DNA of 64,000 nucleotides from Eledone cirrhosa (lineage: Eukaryota), in the NCBI GenBank assembly GCA_964016885.1, contig OZ024742.1, forward strand, positions 61,008,001 to 61,072,000, given 5' to 3'. Each line of letters opens with the position of its first letter. Positions within the stretch are counted from its first letter, which is position 1. The notes below the pieces were generated by a model. It ran no database searches. It was not told the origin of the DNA and saw nothing but the letters and a program-made list of their open reading frames with translations. Below, piece after piece: positions 11,516 through 22,635 of this stretch. The position numbers and the translations under genes were made by a program.

Positions 11516-12408
11516 ATATACTATACATTATGTCCATAGAATCATTTGATAAGATATATACTCCATTTCCTCTCCCAATTAGCATAATCAACCACACAAA
11601 AAAACAATTAAACTAGGCTATAAGATTAAAATGCACCTATGGAGAAATAATAGATAAACGACAGCCATCTGTTCGCGATCAACAGCTATAGAATATTTAC
11701 CCACCATTTCAATACCGCGTGGAAATCGATTAAATATATAGTCAACCATACACAATTAGGTATAAAATTAAAGTTAGAAGAAAAAATGCATATACACATA
11801 CCAGGATTACGTTTCTACCCTTTAGGGTTTCGTTCGCTTTCGAAAATATCCTATCAGGGATAAATTCTCGAGCTTCGAACTCATCAGGAAACAAACTCAC
11901 TTGGACAAAGATTTTTCTTAAATGATCCCCGCCAGAAACGAATTCAAAATGGCTAAGAACTGTGACGTGGCAGTGGTCAAGTCAGAAAGAATGTGATTGG
12001 TGCCTTACGGCTAATGGGCTGGTTGCTAGAAAGCGCAGCCTAATATTGCCCAAATTGCATCTCAACCTTATGGGAGATTATCAAATATAAAGATTTACAT
12101 ATACACAAACTAAACAAAGTCATAGATATGTTTTTGGCAATCATTCACGATATGGCTCAATGATGAATTAATAAATTAAATAATCAGAGCAATATACTAT
12201 AAATTATGTCCATAGAATCATTTGATAAGATATATACTCCATTTCCTCAACCACACAAAAAACCAATGAAACCAGGCTATAAAATTAAAAGGCACCTATG
12301 AAGAAATGATAGATAAATAAACGACAGCCATCTATTCGCGATCAACAGCTATAGAATATTTACCCAGCATTTCAATAGCACGTGGAAATCGATTAAATAT
12401 ATCGTCAA
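11516..12408 (-). mobile_element. Non-autonomous hammerhead-containing element (retrozyme/PLE-derived); 676-nt unit with ~220-nt terminal direct repeat
   Basis: Direct repeats at 11516-11745 and 12192-12408, no ORF, an internal HHR, and (TA)n on both sides. Confidence 0.7.
11811..11892 (-). ncRNA. Type I hammerhead ribozyme, intact core, extended stem II
   Basis: Minus strand: stem I gtttc / CTGATGA / stem II gttcg...cgaac (with inner pairs tcgagaat:attttcga and tatcc:ggata) / GAAA / stem III ccc-taaa-ggg / TA (GUA cleavage triplet) / gaaac. Confidence 0.88.
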
Positions 12409-12419
12409 ATATATATATA

Positions 12420-13542
12420 CTAGAATCTCAAACCTCTCCTCTAATAAGGCTATCTTTGACAGGGCGGCACCGTACTATAACACGGCGTTGGCTAACAGCG
12501 GCTTCTCAAAACCTATCACCTACTCTCCAACTAGCAACAACACCATTAAGAAAAGTAAGCGCATCAATAGAAAAACTATCTGGTTCTCTCCTCCCTTCTC
12601 ACTCAACGTTAAAACCAATGTAGGAAAAAATGTCTAGCCCTCTTAGATAGACACTTCCCCAAAGGTCATAAATACCGTTCCATCTTTAACCGACACAAAG
12701 TTAAACTAGGATACTCCTGCGCTAAGAACATGAAGGCCCACATCACCAGCAGCCCTAGGAGCAGCACCCCACCAGGGTGCTCCTGCCGTAAGCCTGAAGC
12801 TTGCCCCCTTCAACAGTAATGCAACACACCAGCTGTAATCTATGAAGCTGTGGTCACTTCCAACCGACCAAACAAACCACAGGAGGTCAATCCTATGTGG
12901 GCATGGCGGAGGGCCGATTCAAGGAGCGTTTCCTGAATCACCAGTCTACCTTCAGATATCCCGACAGACGTTCATCCACGAAACTCGCGAGCAACGTATG
13001 GTCTCTCAAGGACTCACATATAGGCAACTCCATTCAATGGAAAGCCATCACTAAGTCCAAGCCATACGCAAGGGGAAATCCAACGTGTGGCTTATGTATC
13101 GACGAACGAATAACTATCCTGAAAAGATTACGCAATAGTGATTGCCTAAACACGAGAAGTGAATTTTTCAAACGTTGCCCACACGTCACCAAACATCTAT
13201 TGCATAACTACAAGGCTCCGGACTGATTCTTTGTAATTTTATTTTTAATTCTTTTTTTATTTTATTTTCAACCTAAAAACTTTCCGGACTTTCGCAGTTA
13301 TCTCCCTTACACCTCCCGCACGCAGTCTAGTATTGCCTGTGTGAAGTGACCGAGTTTCTGCGCATGTGCGTTCGTATGGTTGTCCTCCCTGTTCCTATAA
13401 CCATACACATCCCGAGCTGATCGGCGAAGGTGAAACAATTGTTCTCGGTATGGTGAACTACCTGTTGTGTAACCAACTCTTACTTACTCGTCCTTTGGAC
13501 TGAGTGATCTACCACTACGGATATTACCTTCCAGTGTTCCAC

Positions 13543-13548
<6 letters not shown>
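12420..13548 (+). mobile_element. Naiad-like Penelope element, 5'-truncated (linker + GIY-YIG + 3' pseudo-LTR with degenerate HHR)
   Basis: IWFSPPFSLNVKTNVGKK, RHFPKGHKYRSIFNRHKVKLGYSC, CSCRKPEACPL, YVGMAEGRFKERFLNHQSTF, CGLCIDER, LNTRSEFFKRCPH. HHR-like ccgag-CTGATCG...GAAA-caattg-TT-ctcgg at 13412-13448. Flanked by (TA)n. Confidence 0.85.
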
Positions 13549-13598
<50 letters not shown>

Positions 13599-14409
13599 TA
13601 TGCTAATCAGAGTGAATAGATATACGCATTAGTTAAATCATCCAACATGAATTGAATTTAACTTACGTTATATTTGAGCGATTTCTTATGCATTTAGGAA
13701 TCGAGGCTCTTATCCCCACCATACTTATTACGCTTAGTTCCCCTAGGTAGAGATCCCCTGTGAGTAACGGACTTTACTGGGTAACGTACTCCTATGTATA
13801 GTAGTAATCTAAATTCCACATACCCCGCTTTCGACTTGATGAGATGGAAATTGTAAAGAAAAGTGAAACATATAATAATGTCCTCGACTTCCTGTAAAGC
13901 ACAGCGTTCCAATACTATTAAATGGATTGGCATTGACGAATATGATGAAACGAACCACTACTCTAGGCCGAGGTGACTGGGTTGAAAAGATTCTACCTCA
14001 TAACATCGACCTACTGGGCATAACAGTCAATATCTCGTTGAATCAATGTGATACCATATGGATTTTTTATAACCTGTATTGGGATTTATAGTTTTAGTAG
14101 TATCTATTATATATTATGTTTTATGGCATATATAGGTTGCGAATTTGCAGAGTCGTTACAACGTCGGATAAAATGATTTTCTGGATTAGTTTCGGATCTC
14201 TAGTTGAAATACCGCCATGGTCAACTTTGCTTTTCATCCATTCCAGGTCGATAAAGAATGTACCAATTGAGTACTGGGGTCAATTTATCCTCTATATCTC
14301 TTTTTCATTTTCTCACTTTCATTCTCTCGCTCTCTCTATCCTTTTCCGTAAGAAATCTGCTGTATTCAGACCTGGAGAGGGGTGGCTCCACTAGGTTTAA
14401 CAATGCCTT

Positions 14410-14858
14410 TGTAGCGACTAGCGCCACCTTGCCCGGGGAGAAAACACTAATTGGAGTTACTTCCCCGTGGTCAGTATATAAGGGAGTGTGCTGACGTCAC
14501 TCGATCTCTCTTGTTCACTTACTATTTTGGGCGGCACCTCTGAAACTGGTCACATCGAACGCAAGCATGCTAACCTTTTTTCAACCATATCTTATAATTA
14601 AGGATTATACCTTGTCATGCCACGAGGCACATTTCGTTATCATATGTAATTCACGGACTACGATAAACGCAAGTCATTTTGATAATTGTTTTGAGAAACT
14701 TATTATGCTTCAGCTATTCCTTCAAATGTAGTGAGAGATAATTCTCACACGAAATGAAATTGTATGAAAATTCTTCTATCTCTTATTTCTATTAAATTTA
14801 GTAGTTGGGATCCGCTGGTACTAAGTGGAGTAAGTAACCCTGGGACTAACTTACTAAA
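14410..14858 (+). repeat. 5' LTR
   Basis: TGTAGCGACTAG...ACTAAA; near-identical to 19222-19862 once the SINE is removed. Contains a TATAA-like box near 14477. Confidence 0.92.
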
Positions 14859-14860
14859 AG

Positions 14861-14871
14861 TGGTGACCCCG
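14861..14871 (+). promoter_or_regulatory. Primer-binding site, tRNA-Trp type
   Basis: TGGTGACCCCG lies 2 nt after the LTR and is complementary to the 3' end of metazoan tRNA-Trp (...CGGGGUCACCA). Confidence 0.8.
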
Positions 14872-15045
14872 TCTGAACATATAATGTCTATCGACGTCTG
14901 AACATATAATGTCTATCGACGTCTGAACATATAATTTCTACCGACGTCTGAACATATAATTTCTACCGACGTTTGAACATATAATTTCTATCGACGTCAG
15001 AACAAATAATTTCTACCGACGTTTGAATATATAATTTCTCCCGAC
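14871..15045 (+). repeat. 7 x 25-bp tandem array in the Gypsy leader
   Basis: Unit gtctgaacatataatttctaycgac starts at 14871, 14896, 14921, 14946, 14971, 14996 and 15021. Confidence 0.92.
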
Positions 15046-15086
15046 GTTTTGAAAACGAAAATCATCTCTCTCGACTAAATTTCATC

Positions 15087-15716
15087 ATGAGCAACACATC
15101 GTTACCAGCGTATTCTGCCGGTGCCAAATTGTGGTTCACCCAGCTCGATACGTATATTGCTGCCAACGGAGTACAGGAAAAACAGCAAAAATTAAACGTG
15201 CTCATCAGCGGAATTCCAGCTTCACTAGCAATTACAGTAAAAGACATAATCACGGACCCTCCCCAAGGCCATTCCTACGAGTCTCTGAATACAAAGGTAC
15301 TGCATAGGAACAGTTGGTCGTCTGAGAGTAAATTTCGTTCCTTATTAGAGAATGAAAATCTGGGGGACAGAACTCCTACAGAGTCTTTACGGCGTATCCG
15401 TGAACTCAGTGATGCTGCGCCCGAAGACAGTTCCTTCGTAAAAAAGTTATTCTTCTGCCGTTTGCCAACTAATGTGCAAACTATATTAGCGAATACGATT
15501 GACACTAGTTGGATAGAACAAATTGCTGCCTCTGCGGACAGAATTATGAAATTTTCTAGGAAAACTACCTCGGCTGATTCGGTCATTGCCTTTTCTAATT
15601 TAAAAAAACAGCCTGCCTCACCTAGTGAGGAAGCCATGTTGAGAGCTATTGATGCGTTAACGCGTCAAGTAGCTAAACTGTGTCGTAATCGAGCGCCACC
15701 TAGGCGGCGTTCATGA
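15087..15716 (+). pseudogene. gag: Gypsy Gag
   Basis: KLWFTQLD, LGDRTPTE, KKLFFCRLPTNVQTILA. Premature stop before the CWDHARFSDKAQHCIKPC knuckle at ~15775-15830. Confidence 0.82.
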
Positions 15717-15854
15717 AGTCGGTCTTTTTCTTCTCATGGACGTACCAACTCCCGCGCCAACATTTCTTCTTTGTGTTGGGACCATGCGCGTTTCAGTGAT
15801 AAGGCACAACATTGTATCAAGCCCTGCTCTTTTGGCGCATCGTAAAAACTAAGT

Positions 15855-18800
15855 TTGGAGAGTATGAGCATGGCAGACCTCTCCTCTCATAATTCACCTT
15901 ATCATGCTTTTTTTTTTATCAGAGACCGAGTTTCAAACAAATCATTCATGGTCGACACAGGATCTAGTTGCAGTATTTGGCCCTTACGGTTCAACTCTAC
16001 CAAGCCAACTCTTTCCGGCATTTCCTTGTATGCAGTAAACCAGCCTCCTATAAAAACTTATGGACAGATATCTTTATCATTGAACCTAGCTTTGCGTCGA
16101 GATTTCAAATGGATTTTTGTCATTGCCGACCTACCTCATCCTATTCTCGGTGCGGATTTCTTACAGCACTATTCACTTTTGGTATATGTCAGGAGACAGA
16201 AACTTGTGGATAGTACCACATCCTTATCTACGCCTACTTGTAAATCTACCACTACTGCTGTCAGTCCGTCATTTTTTGTGGCTGCCGCTGAAAACCAATT
16301 TCATGTACTTCTTGCCTCGTTTCCCGAGTTAACTGACATTTCATTTAAACCGAATCAAGTAGTCCACTCGCCTCAACACTTCGTTACAACAACTGGTCCA
16401 CCTGTTTTCTCTCGTCCATGAAGGTTGGCTCCGGATAGACTAAAAAAAGCACGAAACGAGTTCGAACACATGCTCCAGCTCGGTCTTATACGACCGTCCA
16501 CCAGCCCATGGGCATCTCCGCTTCACTTGGCTCGTAAGGGTGGAGCGGATTTTAGACCTGTGGGATATTATAGAAGACTTAACTACACCTGATCATTATC
16601 CTTTACCAAATTTACAGGATTTTTCATCAGTTCTGCATGGATGCAAGGTATTTTCTAAAATAGTCTAGTACGTGCTTACCATCAAATACCCATGCATCCA
16701 GAAGACATACCAAAACAGCTGTGACCACCCCTTTTGGTTCGTTTGAATTTCTGTCCATGCCTTTTGTTTTGCGGAATCCCTCTAGCACATTCCAGCGTGT
16801 TATCGATGAAAGCACGCGTGGATTGGATTTCGTGTTTGCTTACGTGGATGATCTCTTGTTAGCCAGTGACTCAGCTGAGCACCAGCATCAACATTTATCT
16901 CAGTTATTTCAACGTCTCCGATCGTACCAAGTCAGAATCAACCCAGCTAAATATGTATTTCGTACAGCTTCACTGGAATTCCTTGGACATCTTATAGATT
17001 CGGAAGGTATATGACCCTTGCCATCTAAGGTAGAAGCGATTCAGCATATCGCACCACCCACATCCTTGAAACAATTAGGTCATTTCTTGGGATTAATTAA
17101 CTTTTATCGTCGTTTCGTTCCTAACTGTGCGGACAAGTTGTTCCCCTTTACACAGTTTTTAAAGGCTGCAAAAAAGAAAAATGCTCCCATTTCACTGTCT
17201 GCCATTGCTTTGCAGTCTTTTGAATCCGTCAAGTCTGAGCTAGCTGAAGTTTGCTTCCTCGCCCATCCTGTTGCAAACGCGAGACTTTCATTAACTATTG
17301 ATGCATCCGATCATGCTGTTGGAGCAGTTTTGCAACATGCGATCGACCACCAGGTTCAACCACTGGCGTTTTTCTCACGCCAGCTAAAACCAGCAGAGCA
17401 ACGTTACAGTACTTTTGACAGAGAGCTTTTAGCAGTTTATCTAGCTGTGAGACACTTCCACCATCTTCTTGAAGGTCGGGAGTTCATGGTATTCACAGAC
17501 CATAAACCACTCACATTCACTCTTCAAACCAAGTGCGACAGATACTCTCCGAGGGCATACAGACATTTGAATTTCATCTCCCAGTACACCAGTGACATTC
17601 GTCATTTAGCTGGAACTGCCAACATACCCGCGGACGCACTATCTCGACTTTCTGTGTGTTCTCTTGCGTCTTCTGCACACATCGATTTGGTTGCCATAGC
17701 AACTGACCAACCTACTTTGGATTCGTTGGACATTTCTTCTACCCAGATTTCCTGCTGTAAATTTGAATAATTACCTCTTCCATCTGCTGAAGGAAAAATA
17801 CTTTGCGATATTTCTCCTGGCTCACCCAGACCACTTGTTCCAGATTGCCATCAACGTACCATTTTTGATGCACTTCATTTCTTGTCGCATCCCGGCATAG
17901 CTGCTACGGCTCGGTTTTTCTGGCCTAATATGCGTCGTTTAATCACCGGGTGGGCACGTTCTTGTTTGAAGTGTCAGCGCTCTAAGATTTATCAGTATGT
18001 CCGCGCTCCTCTTGGGAAATTCAGCCCGCCAGACGCACTTTCCGTCATATTCACATGGATATTATTGGTCTGTGGCTCGTTAGTGGTGGGTTCACATATA
18101 TATTGACTTGTATCGATTGTTTCTCTCGGTGGCCTGAAACCATACCCCTAGTGGACATAACAGCAGAGTCCGTTGCCCGAACTTTCATTTCCAATTGGAT
18201 TGCTCGCTTTGGTGTTCCTACTAAAATAACTACGGATCGTGGACGCCGATTTGAAGCTTCCTTATTTCGAGAAATATCACGACTCTTGGGTGCTCATCAC
18301 ATTCATACGACCAGCTATCACCCAGCTTCCAATGGAATGGTGGAGAGGTTTCATAAACAGTTGAAAGCTGCACTTCGCGCTACTCCTGATCCGCAACGTT
18401 GGAACGAATTTTTGCCAATCGTACTTCTTGGTTGTCGTTCTGCCATTAAGACAGATTTAGGTTTTTCTTCTGCTGAACTTCTTTATGGTACCGCATTGAC
18501 TCGTCCTGGACAAATTTTAGCACCGGTGGATTCATCGCATCTTGACCCAGCATCATATGACACCAGGATTCGTTCGTATTTCTCGGATCTTCCACCAATG
18601 AACCCTCATGACCAGTCTATTTCTTCTGCTGCCCCATCGGACATCTCTACGTGGAAACATATTTTTATACGGATTGATTCTGTCAAGGGACCACTTACGT
18701 CACCCTATAAAAGACCTTTTCGTGTGCTTTCGCACACACCAAAACACTTTACAGTGGCTGTCAATGGTCGAAAAGACATAATATCCGTTGACAGAGCAAA

Positions 18801-18972
18801 GAAGGCTTTCTCTGAAAGTCTCACATCATTGCCTGACATACCTCGTACATACACTCCCACACCAACACCTTCACCTCAACCGCAAACACCACATTCCACA
18901 CCACCTTATGTCATACGAAGTGGTAGGACAGTAATATGGCCACGTAAACTCTCAAAAACAATATACATCTAA
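15855..18972 (+). pseudogene. pol: Gypsy Pol (protease, RT, RNase H, integrase), multiple stops/frameshifts
   Basis: FMVDTGSSCS and ILGADFL (PR); SPWASPL, TPFGSFEF, YVDD (RT); DASD, RYSTFDRELLAVY, FTDHKPL (RH); [19 protein letters not shown] (IN). Confidence 0.92.
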
Positions 18973-19221
18973 CCTCTAGTGGCATTAACTATTTGACTTT
19001 GAAAAATGTTGAACTTATTTTGAGCACTATTTTCCTTGCTCCTTTGTACTGTTTTGAATTGTATTGTTCCAGTTACATTTTTCTGCATGCTTATTTCATA
19101 CTTTGTTTCAGTTACAAACCATTGTAATTTATCTGCCTTTTGTTTTGCTTGCTCCTTATTCCACGGCTCCTCGCTACAATGACTTTACGGTTATTATCGA
19201 CTATCGTCTGGAGGGGAGTCT

Positions 19222-19862
19222 TGTAGCGACTAGCGCCACCTTGCCCGGGGAGAAAACACTAATTGGAGTTACTTCCCCGTGGTCAGTATATAAGGGAGTG
19301 TGCTGACGTCACTCGATCTCTCTTGCTCACTTACTCTTTTGGGCGGCACCTCTGAAACTGGTCACACCGAACGCAAGCATGCTAACCTTTTTTCAACCAT
19401 ATCTTATAATTAAGGATTATACCTTGTCATGCCACGAGGCACATTTGGTTATCATATGTAATTCACGGACTACAATAAACGCAAGTCATTTGATAATTGT
19501 TTTGAGAAACTTATTATGCTTCAGTTATTCCCTCAAATGAGGCGGTGGATTGGCAGTATCGGTAGAGGGTCGGACGCCATGCTTTCCAGTATAGTTACGT
19601 CCCTTTACGATCTGAGTTCAAATCCCGCCGAGGTTGACTTTGCCTTTCATCCTTACGGGGTCGATAAAATAAAGTACCAGTAATGCACTGGGTATTTGCT
19701 GGCCTTGTGCCTAAAGTAGAAACAGTTATTCCTTCAAATGTAGTAAGAGATAATTCTCACACCAAATGAAATTGTATGAAAATTCTCCTATCTCTTATTT
19801 CTATTAAATTTAGTAGTTGGGATCCGGTGTTACTTACTGGAGTAAGTAACCCTGGGACTAAA
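19222..19862 (+). repeat. 3' LTR interrupted by a SINE
   Basis: Matches the 5' LTR on both sides of 19540-19740. Confidence 0.92.
19540..19722 (+). mobile_element. tRNA-derived SINE inserted in the 3' LTR
   Basis: A-box-like tggcagtatcgg, B box gagttcaaatcc, conserved body gcctttcatccttacggggtcgataaaataaagtaccag. 18-bp TSD at 19522-19539 / 19723-19740 (1 mismatch). Confidence 0.9.
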
Positions 19863-20489
19863 CCTTAGAAACGCGGTATATGGCACCCTTACGACTCCCT
19901 CGGGAATTACAGAACCATGTATGCATTGTTGCGTACACATTATATTTCATATTTTTGCATTATATTTTATTTCATATATTCCTTATTTTATATTTCATAT
20001 GTAATTTATTATGCTTGATATTACGCGACTGCATATGAACTCCTTACCAATACCTACTTCTCTAATGAACTACTTTTCTAAGTACTTATTTTCGTCAACC
20101 AATTACTCACATTTATCATTTATTACTATAGTTATTCATTGTTCACGATTTATTTACCTTTTACAATTTATCCGTATTATGATATATACTTTAGGTATTA
20201 TGTATTTCGTATTATGGCATATACTTTATATTTCATGTTATATTTTAATTTATATTTTACTTTATATTATATTTCATATGTAATTTGTATTTCTTAATAT
20301 TATACGATCCTATTTGACTCCATACAATTACATACTTCTTTAATTAATCATTTTAAACTCATTATATTTATTATTTACATTTATTAATTATTATTATAAC
20401 TATACACTCATATTTACCCTTATAATTCATCTAACTTTTATGCAATATTGTGATTCTTTTTATGGTGAGAACTAGTGCCGTTGTTACTG

Positions 20490-21310
20490 ATATTGCCTTT
20501 TGCAGCAGGTAGCACTATGAGCGAATATAATCGATTGTGCCATGAACTCATATTATCTTGTATGCGTTACATCATGAAGCGACCACCCAGATGACTTCTG
20601 AGTTAACCAGCATTCATGACCATAGGTAAGGGTTGGCACGAATACTGATAGCGAGTTTGACTTTTACACCTACCACCCTTCTTCGGATTACCGAATACCG
20701 AAGCTGACGTATATCTGTATCAGCTCCTGTAATTCTTACAGTTTATTCAGCCTTCTGCCTTCCCTCACTCGTGAACATATCCCCGAGATACTTGAACTTC
20801 TCCACTTTTTTCAGTGGGTTGCCATTCACATGTAGCGTGCACTGTGCAGGCTTCCTTGAGACAACGAGTATCTCAGTTTTCGCAGCACTGATTTTTATTC
20901 CAGCCATGCAGTACTCGGTATCAAACCTAATAAATGCAAGTCAGATATCTACTCTGTCGGGTTAAGTAACACCATTTCATCTGTAAACTCCAGTCAATTG
21001 ATTTTGCACCCACCACTAGTGATACCACTTCCAACCTAGGTGCGCATGTCAATCCCTGTCATGAAAATAATGAACAGGAGAGGTGACGGTACGTACCCTT
21101 GGCGGATTCAACCCCTACATCGAACGGTCTCGATTTAGTACCCTTTATCCGAACACAAATATTCGACAAAAGGAAGCTGACCATCGATCCCATACTCCTG
21201 CAGAACCTTCCACAGCAGTTCCCGAGGAACTCAGTCATATACCTTTTCAAGGTCTACAGATCATGAATAGACCTCTTGACAATGCTCCCATGATTTCTCG
21301 AAGACCTTTG
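20490..21310 (-). mobile_element. RTE-clade LINE fragment, decayed
   Basis: Minus-strand IRQGYVPSPLLFIIFM, VEKFKYLGDMFTSEG, VFVPTLTYGHECW. Confidence 0.75.
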
Positions 21311-21902
21311 GTTAATTGTCATGAATTTCATAATCATTTGAAAATATTCATAAACATATAGATTAATATGTATCATAATGTTAATTTCTTTCAATTATAT
21401 TGTTTGTTGCATTAATGTATGGTAATATGTTTTTATTATTTTCAATTACATAATGTTTATGCTTTCGGCTAGACAGAGATTATTTGCTCTATGTTTTTAA
21501 TCATGTTCGCAATATATAATATTGATATGCTGCCACAATTCTAAATGGATGGTCATGCCGGGACATCGCTTAAAATTCTCACAGTATGTTTCACCCTATT
21601 ACATGATGTGATTTTCTTTAAAGTCAAGTTGACGCCGCTCCACTCCAAATAACGCCACCCTCATGTTCCTATCATCATCTATCATATTTTTTTTACTCAC
21701 ACATACAATCTGGTTGCATTACCTCTCCAGTGTTGTTATCTTATTCAATCTTACATCTTTACTTCCCCCTGTTTTGCAGATACAAAAATACATCTGTGAG
21801 ACTTGGCAATAGTTTTCCCTCCACATGCTCAAGCTAGTTTCTTTGTCTATTTACACACACACTGCTACACCTGTCTCTTCATAATTAACGTCACATTATT
21901 AA

Positions 21903-22090
21903 CGGTGGGTTGGCAGTATCGGTAGAGAGTCGGACGCCATGCTTTGCAGCATAGAGTTACGGCCCTTTATGAACTGAGTTCAAATCCCGCTGAGGTTAAC
22001 TTTGCCTTTAAGCATTAAGGGGTCGATAAAATAATGTACCAGTAATACACTGGGATAATTGCTGTCCTTGTACCAAATGCAGAAACAATT
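21903..22090 (+). mobile_element. tRNA-derived SINE (same family as 19540)
   Basis: Colinear with the copy at 19540; flanked by the direct repeat attaacgtcac. Confidence 0.88.
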
Positions 22091-22169
22091 ATTAACGTCA
22101 CTGCCCATTTTGGGGACCTAACAAACCTCTCTTCCACTCCACCGCCCAGTTCAGCTATGCAACCAGAAA

Positions 22170-22635
22170 TAATTGGTTCTACTTTAGGCGCAAAGCCAGC
22201 AATTTGATGTGAAAGGGGAATTCGATTATATCGGCATCAGCATTTGGCCAGTACTTTATTTTATCGACGAAGGATGAAAGGCAAAACTAACGTCGGAGGT
22301 ATATGAACTCAGAACGTAATGGGCCTTAACTATATGTCGCAAATACGCCAGATATAATTCTTTTTTTTTTCTTTCGGCACAAGGCTAGTAACAGAAATGG
22401 AAGGGGAAATCGATTATATCGACACAGTATTTTACTGGTACATTATTTTAAAGTACCAGTTTTTATCTATAAGCAACACTTCCAGAAACAATGGTTTTTG
22501 ATTTAGGCACAAGGCAAAAATGGTGTGGAAAGCCGATGAAATCGACACCAGTGCGCTACTGGTGATTTATTTATTGACCCCTTATGAATGGAAGGCAAAG
22601 GTAGCCTCCCTGCGATATGAACTCAGAACGTTTAA
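22170..22635 (-). mobile_element. Cluster of about 3 older, partial SINE copies
   Basis: Repeated reverse-complement motifs ggcacaagg, actttattttatcgac, ggatgaaaggcaaa and gaactcagaacg. Confidence 0.65.

Larger units (their letters stand above)
14410..19862 (+). mobile_element. Full-length decayed Ty3/Gypsy LTR retrotransposon
   Basis: Paired LTRs, CCTT TSD (14406-14409 and 19863-19866), PBS at 14861, polypurine tract tggaggggag at 19209-19218, and gag-PR-RT-RH-IN domain order. Confidence 0.95.

Noticed and set aside
14871-15045. CRISPR-like regular 25-bp repeats
   Set aside because: The units are contiguous with no unique spacers, there are no cas genes, and the array lies in the leader of a eukaryotic LTR retrotransposon.
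19960-20450. Diverged ~270-bp AT-rich tandem duplication
   Set aside because: Low complexity with no identifiable function or element structure.
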